Assembly: GCA_001724265.1 (NCBI GenBank)
Contig: MEDY01000208.1
Location: 62,001-109,353, forward strand
Direction: 5' to 3'
Source: Rhizaria sp. SCN 62-66
Taxonomy: Eukaryota
DNA length: 47,353 bases
This document shows positions 10,186 to 21,400 of this stretch, one piece after another (position 1 is the first letter of the stretch; the number at the start of each line of letters is the position of its first letter). Below the pieces are notes generated by a model. It ran no database searches. It saw nothing but the letters and a program-made list of their open reading frames with translations, and was not told where the DNA came from. The translations under genes and the position numbers were made by a program.

Positions 10186-11877
10186 TTAGTGCAGACACAC
10201 GGTGCCGTCGTGGCGGCCCGGCTCGCCCTCCCAGACCTGCGCCGCGCCTGCGGGCCTCTCCTTGGGCACCGGCGACAGTGGATACGGTGCCTGCCTGTGC
10301 CTGCGGTCTGCGCGCAGCACAGGCTGCGGCGGCAGCAGCAGCGCCTCGAGCGGCCGTGTCACGAGCATTTCGCGCGCGCCGGCGCCAAGCACGGTCTCGG
10401 CCAGATGCGCGGGCACGCCGAGCACCTCGACCCAGTCCAGCGAAGCCGGGGCGCCGCGCAACAGCCGCAGCTTGATGAACCGCGTGGGCAGGTAGCCTGC
10501 GTTGAGCGCGGTGACTTTGCCGCGCGGGAGGCGATCATCGCGCGCTACCGTCACCCAGTCGTCGTCGGCGCGGCCGCGGAAGGAAACGGACAGCTCGGCC
10601 GCCGCGGTCGCGCGGTTGCTAAGCTGGACGAAGCCGACGAGCGCGGGGGAAGCGAGCTCAAACACGATTTCGTGGTTTGCGCCCGAGTGGGCCGCCCAGT
10701 GCGAGCGCGAGTCGCGCGCCAATAGTGACGAGGCGGGGGCGCGCGGGGACTCGGACGTGACGGAGACAATGCGATACGGCAACACGCCGAGCTTGCTGCG
10801 GAAAGCGCCTGTCTTGGCCGCGGGAGCGCGCTTCGGGGCTGCGCTGTTCGCGGCAGCGCTGGCGTGGGTGACTGCGGGGGGACCGGCGGCGACGGCGGAT
10901 GCGGTGCGGCCGTAGGGGTACTCGCGCATCAACGCCACCGACTCGGGCAAACGCGCGGCAGCAGTAGCAGCGGCGGCGGCGGCAGCGGCTGAGGCGGAGG
11001 AAGCGTTTACAGAGTGTGCGAACGCTGATGAGGAGAGCGCTGATGAGGAGAGACCGCCCACGCGAGGGTGGGCTGTAGTGTGACTGTGCGCAGGAGCCGT
11101 CGAGTAGCCGTGGGCGCGAAGTAAGGCGTCCGCGCTGCCGAAAGCGTGGTGATGGTGCTGATGTCCATTGGAGTGACTGTGAGCATTGGAGGTGTTTTCG
11201 TTGTGGACAGTGTACGAGTGTGCGTCGTCGTCATAGTCGTCATCGTACACGCCGTGACGATCGGGGTTCCGCTGCCGACTCGCCCCACCGGCACCACCAG
11301 CGGTGCTTCCAGGAGTATTTGCCGTGTGGAGAGCGTTGGGACTGAGGCCGAGGCCGAGGTCGGGGCGGGCGAAATCAGTCGCCATATGCGCCAGCAACGC
11401 AGACGCAGTTGTCGCGGTCAGTGGACAACGCACACCGGAATCAGCGGCGGCGTTCCGTTTGTTGGTCGAAGCGCCAGAGCTCAGAAACACGCTCGAGCTC
11501 GAGTTTGAGTTCGCGCGGTGTGAAGTGACCGTGGGGCGGGCGCTGCTAGGGCGGCCAGCTGCGGGGACAGAGCGGCGCGCGGACGAGGAGGACGCAACGG
11601 CCGAGACAGAAGAGGACGATGAAGAAGGCGTGACACCGTAGTAGCCACATGTGGCAGCTGGCGGGGGCGGGATGGGGCCTTGCGCACGAGCGGCGTTGTG
11701 GGCTGAGTGGAGCTGGGCGGTGACGGCCTTGATCTGGGCCATGTCGCGTGCGAACGAGGCGTCGTCACCGGAGTAGCTCTCGGACGCAGACGCCACCGAG
11801 GCGTGTAGACGAGATGATGCCGGTCGGCTGTGTGAGTGAGAGCACCGCGCGCCGTGGGCGTGCGAGTGTGAAGACAT
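10186..11877 (-). CDS. Protein with a Ser/Ala/His-rich disordered N-terminus and a C-terminal galactose-binding-like (jelly-roll, XRCC1-N-like) domain
   Basis: 563-aa ORF ending in TAA. Region ~10413-10782 reads LPYRIVSVTSESP...LL...SHW...IVFEL...VQLSN...RFIKLRLLRG...VEVLGV, the strand pattern of XRCC1-N/discoidin-type domains. Confidence 0.7.
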   Translation of the reverse strand: MSSHSHAHGARCSHSHSRPASSRLHASVASASESYSGDDASFARDMAQIKAVTAQLHSAHNAARAQGPIPPPPAATCGYYGVTPSSSSSSVSAVASSSSARRSVPAAGRPSSARPTVTSHRANSNSSSSVFLSSGASTNKRNAAADSGVRCPLTATTASALLAHMATDFARPDLGLGLSPNALHTANTPGSTAGGAGGASRQRNPDRHGVYDDDYDDDAHSYTVHNENTSNAHSHSNGHQHHHHAFGSADALLRAHGYSTAPAHSHTTAHPRVGGLSSSALSSSAFAHSVNASSASAAAAAAAATAAARLPESVALMREYPYGRTASAVAAGPPAVTHASAAANSAAPKRAPAAKTGAFRSKLGVLPYRIVSVTSESPRAPASSLLARDSRSHWAAHSGANHEIVFELASPALVGFVQLSNRATAAAELSVSFRGRADDDWVTVARDDRLPRGKVTALNAGYLPTRFIKLRLLRGAPASLDWVEVLGVPAHLAETVLGAGAREMLVTRPLEALLLPPQPVLRADRRHRQAPYPLSPVPKERPAGAAQVWEGEPGRHDGTVCLH

Positions 11878-12429
11878 GGCGTGGGTGTCAACGGCTAGAA
11901 GGCGCGGTTCCTAGAAATTGAATTCCACCAATACAAACAACAAATGACGAAATGCGAATAATATGAATGAGTGTGATACACATGTGCAACACATGGTGTC
12001 AAGCAGTATATCAGCTTGTCGGTCTATTGGTGATGATCTAAAGAGTGAAACATCGGCCCTAGTCTTGCCTCCTCGCCACTTGGAGCCAGCAAGCAGCATC
12101 GTCGTTTCTTCCTCTAGGGTACATTTTGGCGTATACATTATATAAAAAAAGACCTAAAAGCTAAGCCTGACATATTGTGCACATATGATACACCTAAGTC
12201 TTCGTGGTGTGTTTTTATTTCGAACGTCCATAAATATAAGAGACATCTGTCGCTTGAACCAGCCAAAAAGTGGGGACAACGACAGCGCATGTGTTACATT
12301 CGACGGGTTTGTTTGGCGAGTTGGCAAGTGGCATGCTCTACACCAATAATTATGACTGCTAGCCCAGCAGATCCGTGCTTGTGGCTTGGTTGCAACATTG
12401 CGTTCCGGTTCGCTGTGACGTATGAAAGC

Positions 12430-13275
12430 TTAGAGCTTGGCCTGCAGGCGCTTGGCGACACCGACGGTGATTGTGGCGAGGGTCTTGCCAGTCTGCTTGT
12501 CAACAGCGCCGCACGTAATGGTGTCGCCGACGACAACGGGGCCGACGCCCGCGGGCGTGCCGGTGAAGATGCAGTCGCCTTCCTCAAGCGTGAAGAGCGT
12601 GGAGATGTGCGCAACGAGTTGGGGAACGCCGAAGAGCATGTCGCCGGTGTTGCCGCGCTGGCGCTGCTTGCCGTTGACGTCAAGCCAAAGGTCAACATTG
12701 GCCGTGTTGGTGACGGCAGAGGCCGGAATGAGGGCCGAGACGGGCGCGAACGTGTCCATGCCCTTGGCGATGGACCAGGGAAGGCCCTTCTTCTTGGCCT
12801 CCTCCTGGACCTCGCGCGCGGTCATGTCCAGACCGAGGAAGTAACCGGAGACGTGGGACATCGCGGACGCAACGGGGATGTCGCGACCGCCCTTGCCGAT
12901 GACGACGCCGAGCTCAACCTCGTGGTGAAGGTTGGTGCAGCCGATCGGCATCTCGATGCTGCCGGCGCCCGGGAGAAGGAACGAAGAAGGCGGCTTCAGG
13001 AACAGCACCGGCGAAGTGGCTATGCACAAAATAAGAGTTTTATATTGACGATTCAAGTAAGTATGCACTGGTGGTTTCCGAATAATGTCTGTTATCAATG
13101 CTATCAAGAGAAACCGTGATTCGGGGCAAGGACAAGGTCGGCTATAAGAATGGCTCAGAAGGGGGATTTTTAGGGACGTACGAACAGGGTTGTTCAGCTC
13201 CTTGGCGTGCTCCGCGAAATTGCGGCCGACGCAAACAATCTTGCGGCAGTGCTTGGTGAAATTAGCGATGCTCAT
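12430..13275 (-). CDS. FAHD1: Fumarylacetoacetate hydrolase domain-containing protein 1-like (acylpyruvase/oxaloacetate decarboxylase), 227 aa, 2 exons
   Basis: Exons 13275-13182 and 13019-12430. Motifs KIVCVGRNFAEHAKEL, PVLFLKP, HHEVELGVVIG, GLDMTAR, PWSIAKGMDTF and FTLEEGDCIFTGTPAGVG. The splice yields NNPVP-TSPVLFLKP. Ends in TAA. Confidence 0.93.
   Translation of the reverse strand: MSIANFTKHCRKIVCVGRNFAEHAKELNNPVRTSLKIPLLSHSYSRPCPCPESRFLLIALITDIIRKPPVHTYLNRQYKTLILCIATSPVLFLKPPSSFLLPGAGSIEMPIGCTNLHHEVELGVVIGKGGRDIPVASAMSHVSGYFLGLDMTAREVQEEAKKKGLPWSIAKGMDTFAPVSALIPASAVTNTANVDLWLDVNGKQRQRGNTGDMLFGVPQLVAHISTLFTLEEGDCIFTGTPAGVGPVVVGDTITCGAVDKQTGKTLATITVGVAKRLQAKL
13020..13181 (-). other. Spliceosomal intron (162 nt, 3n, no in-frame stop)
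   Basis: GTACGT...tgtgcatag; removal restores the conserved FAH-family alignment. Confidence 0.9.
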
Positions 13276-13570
13276 GACGACGATCACAATCTATCACAAC
13301 CCAACATCTCTAGTCACGTCACCTAGACACGACCCAGCAACGATTTTCCGCCTCCTCTCGAGGTGTGAGTAACGACTCGATAAACAGACTGCAATATCAA
13401 GATGATGCCCTCGTCAGTCGAAGTTTTTGCATTGATTATGAATTATATAGCTTACAATCTACTCTTATCTTTCTTAGCACTTCTTCAGCCCTTTTGTTTA
13501 CCCACAGAAACCTTCTTCTTAGAACAACGTAAAGCCCAGTCGCAGCCCGTGTTGTCGTTGTCCACTCACA

Positions 13571-16500
13571 ATGGACTCCACTCCGCCGTCCCCGGTGTTT
13601 GCGGACGGACTGGCGTCGCGCAGCAACGCCAACCTGGGTTCTATCTCCCCGCTTTCCTCCCGCGAGCCCTCAACCCGGGTCCAGCCCTCTGCAGCCGCCG
13701 GTGACTCCGCTGTTCTGTCTCCCAAGCGCGCCTCAGACTCTGCCGCTCCCGCCGCCGTCGGTAGCCGTGCCGAGGCACCCAAGCCTTCTGCCGCCCCGGC
13801 AGTTGACGACGACGCCGGTGGCATGTTTGGCTTTGACATCTCCGACGCTGACGACGACGCTGACGTCGACACTGGCGCCGGCGCGGGCGTCGTTGACGAG
13901 TATGCTCATGCCCGAGCTGCTGCCGCAGTTGCTGCTGAGCCTGAGGCGCCTGCTGCGGCGCCTTCCGAGGCACACTCCGCGTCTTTTACGGCGCCCGATA
14001 CAACAGCTCAGGTTGCGACTGAGCCTGCCTCTGCTGTTGACGCTCACTCTGATGCTAAGAGCGGCACAGATACCTTTGCAACCGACGCGAACTCCTCTGC
14101 CCTAGGCGCTGGCGCTGACGCTGACGCTGACGCTGATGTGGATGCCGGCGGTCTCGCTTCTGTAGCATCAACTGCTGTCGGCGAGATATTCCCTCTCGCT
14201 AGTGCCCCAGACTCTGAGGCTGCGCACGCCGACGCCGCCGCTGACTCTGTCTCCATCGCAGCATCCGCGAGTGCGGCGCCCGCGACTGGGGCTGGGGCTG
14301 CAGACGCGACTCCCGCGCCTGGTGTTACTTCGGCTGACGCTGCGGCGGTGGTGAAGCACGGCCCCGAGCTGCCGCCGCCGTCCTCGACCGTGACCGCGAC
14401 CGCGACGGGTGTTGCTGGGCCTGTGACCGGGACTGCCAACATGACCGACGCCGCTGCCGCCGCCGACGACGACTCTGCCGCTCACACCGGCACCGAGCCG
14501 CCTCTGTCCGACTCCGCGTCGCTCGACAAGGCTCTCAGCCCCCAGTTTGATCCTTGGGAATCCGATGCTGCCGGTGACGCTAATCGGGATGATGGTAAGG
14601 GTAACACTGCTACGGTGTCTGTACAGGATGACCCGGAGCGTGAGTATGCGGTTCCCATCAAGCCAGCGCCGCATATCAAGCCCTCATACAGCGCCGAACA
14701 CCCTGCGAACCCCACTCCCGCCGCCGCCGCTGAGGCTAAGGCCGTCCCTGCGACTGCAGCTGCGTCGCCCGCTGAGGCGGCGGCCACTGCCACTGCAACA
14801 GCGGAGACTCCAGCGAAGGCGGAGACTGCAGGCAAGGCGGCTCCTGCGGCCAGCAACGCGGGGACCGAGACCCCGGCTAAGACGGCAACGCCGAAGAGTC
14901 CTGCTGCCAAGGCGACGTCGCCTGCCAAGACGACTCCCACTGCGGCGGCGTCTCCGGCCAAGGCTACTCCCACTGCGGCAGAGACTCCCTTCAAGGCTGC
15001 TCCTGCAGCGACAGCTGAGACATCGGCCAAGCCAGCTCCTGTAGCGTCCTCGGCGGCTTCACAGCAGCCTGTACATATGACAGAGCCCAGCTCCCCAAAG
15101 GTTGATGCTAAAGTTGAGACGAAGCCTGGGACGAAGCCTGAGACTCAAGAGACGAAATCCGAGGCCAAGGCTGAGCGTGAGAAGGAGGCAGATACGTCGC
15201 ATACGAAGGCTGAAGCTCAGACCGAGACAAATGCTGAGGCTGCGGTCGGCAATGACTTCGATATGGATACTGAGCTTGACGCCGCCCCTGCCTCTGACGC
15301 CAAGAAGTCCGGGCCCGCAGCGGCTTCAGCCAGTGCCTCTGCAAAGCCTGCTGCCGATGCTGAGCCCGCTGAGCCTTCAAGCGCCGCAGTGTCGTCCCCT
15401 GCAAAGCCTAATGCGCCCTCTAAGGCGGCTCCAACCAAGGCTGCCCCGACAAAGGCTGCTCCTGCCAAGCCTGCTTCTGACGAAAACTCCGCTGCTGCTG
15501 CTGCGCCAAAACCTACTCCTGAGCAATCCGCTGTTGCTGAGAAGCCTGCTAAGCCCGTTATTGCTAAAGCGGAGCCCGTCGCGAAGCCAGCTGCTGCCAC
15601 GGCTGAGCCCACTGCCTCGTCAGCCGATGTTGCCCCTGCCTCGCCCGCTAAGAGCGCCTCCGCCAGTCCCCGCGATGGCGAGAGCAAGCCTTCCGAGGCG
15701 AACATCACTGAAACGACAACAGAGAGTGCGAAGCCCAGTCCCGCGAAGGCCAGTCCCGCAAAGGCCGCGCCAACCAAGGCCGCGCCAGTGAAGGCTGCGC
15801 CTGCAAAGGAGGCCCCCACTAAGGCGGCGCCGACGAAGGCTGCGCCTGCCGCTACAACGACGTCTCCAAGCAAGCCTGCGCCGACGAAGCCGACCCCCGC
15901 CAAGCCCTCCGCTACCCCGAAGGCCAACAGTACACAGAATGCCAGCCCCGTGGCCTCAGCTGCTACTGCATCGACAACGACGACGACGACTGAGACGGCT
16001 AGCGGCCACCAGTACAGCGTCGACAGCGCAGGCGACGGCTCCGGTCAGATCACGTCCCTCACGGGCGACGTATACACCGGTGCGTTCCGCGCGTGGCGGC
16101 GCCACGGCCGCGGGCTGCAGCGCTGGGCCGGGGGCGAGCGCTTCGAAGGGTCGTGGGTTGACGACCAGCAGAGCTGCGGTGTATTCACGGACGCGCAGGG
16201 CCGCCGCTGGGCCGGCGACTTCCGCAACAAACGTGTGCGGCAGTTGCGCGATGACGAGGACACGGCCGCTGCGATTGAGGAGGCGGCGGCTGCGGATGAC
16301 GCCGCCAACGCCGAGCCTGGCAGCAGCGGCAACGGCGGTGGTGAAGGTGAGGGCAAGATGGTCGTTGCGTCTGATGAGAGCAAGAAAGCGGCCAGTAAGC
16401 AAGACCGTGAGCGTGAGCGTCGCGTCAACAACCAGCAGCTGCAACAGCAACAACAACAGCACCGCAAGCAGCAGCAGCAACAGCAGCAGCAGCAACAGCA

Positions 16501-18213
16501 GCAACAGCAGCAGCAACAGCAGCAGATGTTGGCGCAGACTCGCGCATCGCATAACGCCACTGCGCGCTCTCCATACGCTCGCACCACTGCCTCCAACAGC
16601 GGTAGGGACAAGGACGCCAGCGGCCGCTCTGCTCAGAACCAGAGTCAGGGCGCGCAGCAGCAGCTGCCGAGCGAACCCGTGCCCGTGGAGGTGCAGGTGC
16701 AGCTGCTGGATTTGCACCGCACCTACGCTGTGCTGCCGCCTTTGCGCGATGCCAAGCCCAGCCCTAACGCCCAGAACCAGAGCGGCAACGGCTCGGCCTC
16801 CGCGCGCGGCGCTGGCGACGACGGCGCTGACCAGCAGGGCCAGCCTGACCAGGCGCAGGAAGGCGAGGGCGAGGGCAAGAGCGGGCCGAAGAACCGCTAC
16901 GCTCGCCTGTTGGCGCGGCTGAGCGAGAGCAGCGACAACGAAAAGAGCGGTGGCGGCCGTGGCGCTGGCGCGCGCTCGCAGCAGCTGCAGCAGCGCCGCG
17001 GCCTCGGCGACCGCGCCGAGATTGCAGACAGCACCGCGACGCACGTCGTGGCACTGCCGCCGCTGAATGAGGTCGGTCTTGAGGCGGATCGCGGCACTCG
17101 CTTCAAGTCGGCAGAGACATGTGTGCCTGGGCCCGGCGCCTACAACCCCTCTCGCAAGTACGTTGTGAACCCACATCAACACATCAACGAGTATATTTCA
17201 ATCTTGTATTGTTTTCATTTCACATGCTCACTCACACTGTTTTCGTGTTGTCTATTTGCTTCTCACTCAGGCTCCAAGAGCGTCGCGCGCCGTCTTCACG
17301 CATTTTAGGCCCTGGCGAACACTGCACCGACACCATCGTGCGTCTGCACCCGTCTCCCGGCCCCGTGTACGACGTGAACCCGCTGCCGATCATGCCGCGC
17401 GTGCATGCCGCGTCCTTCTCCCACAAGCTCGTCTACGACCCTGACTCGACCTCGATCACGCGGCTGCCGCTCGAGACGGCTCCGGGCCCCGGCGCGTACC
17501 GCGTCGTGCGCGCGCGCGACGGCGCCGCGCTGTTACAGGCCGGTACGGGCCGCGCGGACGCCCCCGCGGCGCCGATGTCGCACGCCGCGCGCATTCCGGT
17601 CCGCGGGCTGCAGTACCTTGGCCACCATCACATGCGCGACGCGCAAGGATGGTTCTCGCCGGGCCCCGCGGCGTACGCGCCTGTGTCGCAGACCGACATG
17701 GGGCGCGCGGGCCCGCGGCCGACGATGCTGGGGAAGAACCGCGACACGGTGCACGCGATCCCGCAGACGAGCGCGCTGGGCCCCGGCCGCTACAACCCGG
17801 TGCCCGAGGCGCAGAGCTCAATGGTCACCGCTCCGGCCGCTGTCGTGGGCACGGCGGAGCGCGCGCCGGACCGGGTGCGGCAGTTCACCAAGCAGCTGTA
17901 CCAGGGCAAGGAGTTCCAGCGCAACTACCAGGGCTTATTCTCGCCTGGTCCCGCGCAGTACAACGTGCCGGCGCCGTTTGTGAGCGCGAACAAGGGCGCT
18001 GGCTTCGCGCCACACCCGCTGCTGCGGCCGCTGCCGGGTGGGCCTGTGGCGTCGCAGCAAGGCGAGAAGCCCACTGCGCGCGAGAAGCAGCGCGCGGCCG
18101 CGACGCAAAAGCTGGCGGAGGAGCGCCAGCGCGACAGTGAGCGTAAGCAGCAGATGGCTGACACACAGCGCGCGCAAAGCACGGAGCACGAGTCTGTGGC
18201 GCAGGCCAACTAA
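13571..18213 (+). CDS. MORN-repeat + SHIPPO/STPG (PGPGxY) repeat protein, ~1509 aa, 2 exons; probably cytoskeletal or flagellar
   Basis: Exons 13571-17157 and 17271-18213; phase-2 intron GTACGT...ctcactcag. MORN-like GDVYTGAFRAWRRHGRG / GERFEGSWVDD / GRRWAGDFRN at ~16030-16230. Six PGP-type repeats (VPGPGAYNP, SPGPVYDV, APGPGAYRV, SPGPAAYAP, LGPGRYNP, SPGPAQYNV). Ends in TAA. Confidence 0.82.
15420..15905 (+). repeat. Degenerate 5-aa KAAP[TAV]/KASPA coding repeats in two clusters
   Basis: KAAPTKAAPTKAAPAK and KPSPAKASPAKAAPTKAAPVKAAPAKEAPTKAAPTKAAPA; synonymous positions differ between copies. Confidence 0.8.
17158..17270 (+). other. Spliceosomal intron (113 nt)
   Basis: GTACGT donor, AT/pyrimidine-rich body, CAG acceptor; joins ORF 13571 to the frame of ORF 17119..18213. 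Confidence 0.9.
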
Positions 18214-18493
18214 CTTAATTGGCGTGCATTTCGAATTCATTATCGTTATTTTTAGAACTCAAATTACTACGCATTAGAAATACAAATCTGAATTACAAAT
18301 CTGCATCTATTTGCACTCGCTCATGATCTCCAATGTTTGTCAATCGTCTGTCGTCAATCGATAGCAACATAAACATTGTATTGTGACAATAAAACTAAAT
18401 ATTCTGATGTATGTTCAACATATGAACAAAGTAACGGCTAAAATAACATAGTATAGACGTATAAACTAGATATGCAGTAGCTTCTTATTTCAG

Positions 18494-21400
18494 TTAGTAG
18501 TAGTTGGGCTTCTGAGGCGAACCAAATCCACGCTCGACTTTGTCAAGTTGCGCGGAGAGCAGTTCAGCTTCACGCTGCAACGCTGCGTTAACACTACGCT
18601 CCAAAGCGCTGCGGTGGCGTTCCGCAAGCGTGGCTGCAGTAAAGCCACGCTCAAGAACCACCGTGTTGGTCGTGTGCAGGTGATGCGCGGTAACCGCTGG
18701 CGACTCGCTTTGAAACTGTGCGCGCGGAGGCTGTGCGCGGCGCTGCGGTGACTGGGCCTCCGCGACGGCTGCAACGCGAGCACGATCAGCCTTGCGGTCA
18801 GCATCAGCAAGAGCGGCACGTGTAACACTCTCGGCCGCCGCAGCGTCATCTGCCTTGCGCTCAGCGACACGCTTGGCGCCTTCAGCAGCCTCAAGTGCGC
18901 CTTGCAGCAGCGCAGCACGTTGTGAGACTTCGCTTAACTCGGTCTTTAGACGAGCCGCAGTGGCTTCAGCGTTTTGTGCGCGCAAGCGAGCTTCATTAAT
19001 CTCCTGAGCGCTCGCAGCACGAGCCCGGGAGACAGCATCGTCAGCTGCAGCAACGGAGGCAGCGGTCGAGGCCCTCCGTGCATGCTCCCCCGCCACAACA
19101 GTGCGAGATGCTTCGGTAGCAACGCGCGCACGCAGCTCAGCAGCTTCTGCCGCTTTGACTGCGCGAGTAGACTCGTTCATAGCAGTGGCGGCGGCATTGC
19201 GCAGCTCAGCGGCCTCGGCGCGCACAGCAGCAAGCTCGCTCCGCAATTCGTCCTCACGCGCGGCAGCCGCAGTTGCAGCAGCAGTGGCTGTAGCCGATGC
19301 AACGGAGGATGCCTCGCGCAACGCAGCTGCAAACTGTTTCCGCTCTTGAGCGAGCGCCCTGGTCGCATTCTCGCGTTCTTGCTTAAGTTCGCGAGCAGCA
19401 TTCACGCGCTCTGCTGCGGCGGCTAAGCGAACGGAAGTGAGTTCAGTCTCTGCCTTAGCAAGTGCTGCGCGCACCGTTGCGACAGTCTCGGCAGCTGCCG
19501 CGGTCGCCGCGTTCTGCTGTACTTGAGCAGCGTCAAGAGTTGTCGACAGCACGTCACGCGCCTTTGCCACAGCGCTTGCAGCGGCTGTGGCACGGGCGCT
19601 TTCGGCAGCGCGGACTGCGGTTGTCGTGATTGCAGTTGCAAGCTCAGTCACGCCCCACGCAAACGAGCCTGCAGCGAGCGTTGCCGAAGAGCTAAACTGC
19701 GCGATGGGCGCAGTGGCAGACTGTGGGCTGAAGGCCAGTCCGGCATTACCACCGCGAGGAGGGCGCACTGGGGAAAGAGTCAGGTTCGCCCAGTGCGGCG
19801 AGCCCGCATCAGATACACCACGACCAGCAGCCTCAGTGGCGGCATCAGTGGCGTCGGTGGGCACAGGTGCGGCAATAATAGCTGCGACAACAGCTGGGAC
19901 GTCAACACCGAGTAATGACGCTTGAAGCCCAGTGCTTGCAGCAGCGCGGGTCAGCGCGCCTCCAACAGACTCAGCAAGCGCACGCACACGCGCTTGCAGC
20001 GCGGTGACAGCCGCGCGGGCAGATTCAGCTGCACGTGAGGCAGCTGCAGCAGAACGCTCGGCTTCAATCGCACGGGCCTGCTGTGCGGCTGTCTCTTCAC
20101 CAGCAGCAGCGCGCACTTCAGTCTCAGTACGCTCAAAAAGAGCTGACAGGTCAAGACGCGCGCGCTCACCAGCCTCGACAGCACCGCGGCAACGACGGGC
20201 CTCAGCACGCGCGGCGTCTGCAGCAGTTTGTGCGGCGTTACGGGCACTCTCAGCAGCTGCGAGTTCGTCCTCAAGTTCGGTGACACGAGCCTGCAGAGCG
20301 CTCAGTGCCGCAACGGCTTCGTCGCGACAACGGCGGGTCCGAGCCATCGCGGCGCGCTGCGCGGCGGCGTCACCACGCGCAGCCTCAACAGCAGCAGCAA
20401 GTCCAACGGAGTCAGCATCGGCCGTCCCAGCATTGCCGCTCACGGGCAGCGATGCCATGCGGCGGACGGTTGCTTCAAGCTCCGTGTTAGCGGCGGTAAG
20501 CTCGTCGCAACGAGCACGTGCGGCTGCAGCTTCGCTCTTGGTGGCGGCAATGTCGCGCCTTGCGTTCGCAGTCTGCCGCTTCGCAGCCGCAGCTGCATCG
20601 CGTGCGGTTTGCAGCTCATGTTCAGCATTCGCAGCCGCAGCCGCAGTGTCGTCGGCAGCGGCTGACATCGAGACATCAAGATCGGCGACAGCGCGGCGCT
20701 GTGCCGCCTCGGCGTGGCGAGCCTTGCGCTCAGCCTCCACCGCGGCAGCCTGCGCCACACGCACCTCGCGATCGGCCTCAGCAACACGCTCCAGCGCTGT
20801 TTGAGTGCGGGCGTCAGCCGCAGCAACACGGTTCTCAGCAGAGGCAGCGCGCGCCTCGGCCGCATCTGCACGTGCATTGGCGGCGTCTGCTTCAGTGCGC
20901 ACAGCAGCAAGCGCGGCTGCTGAGTCGGCGCGCGCTGCAACAGCGTCACGCTCAGCGTCAGCCTCGACAGCACGCACCTTAGCCTCGGCAGCGACCGTTG
21001 CGGCGTTGGCCTGAGCCGTGCGCGCACGCTCTGCGACGACGTTGTCTTCCGTCACGGACAGCCGCGCACGTAGCTCTTCATTTGCAGTTGCCAAGCTCTG
21101 CATATCGCGGACTGACGTTTCAGCAATCGTCTTAGCGGCAGCGACCTCACGCTGCGCAGCAGCTGATTCGTCACTAGCCTTTGCAGCAGCAGCCTGTGCA
21201 GCGTTGAGCCTCTCGCGCGCGTCACTGGCAGCGCGGACAGCCTCGTTTTTGTCCGAGTCAGCGCGGCGTGCCGCAGCCTCGGCAGCAAGTGCACGCGTCT
21301 GAGCGTCCGCGGCCCTCGCATCGGCGTCACCAGCAGCAGCAAGCTTTGCCCGCGCTGCCGCAGCGTCGCCCTCAGCCGTTGCGCGTGCATCCGCAACAGC

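Noticed and set aside
11911-12138. ORF in frame with gene 10186..11877 across a TAG, a possible fifth readthrough
   Set aside because: The TAG follows a T-rich tract and looks like a splice acceptor, and the upstream translation is typical of non-coding T-rich DNA. Not counted as evidence.
17306-17308. TAG ending ORF 13571..17308 as a real TAG stop or readthrough site
   Set aside because: It is reached only by reading through intron 17158-17270; after splicing it is out of frame (ATT TTA GGC).
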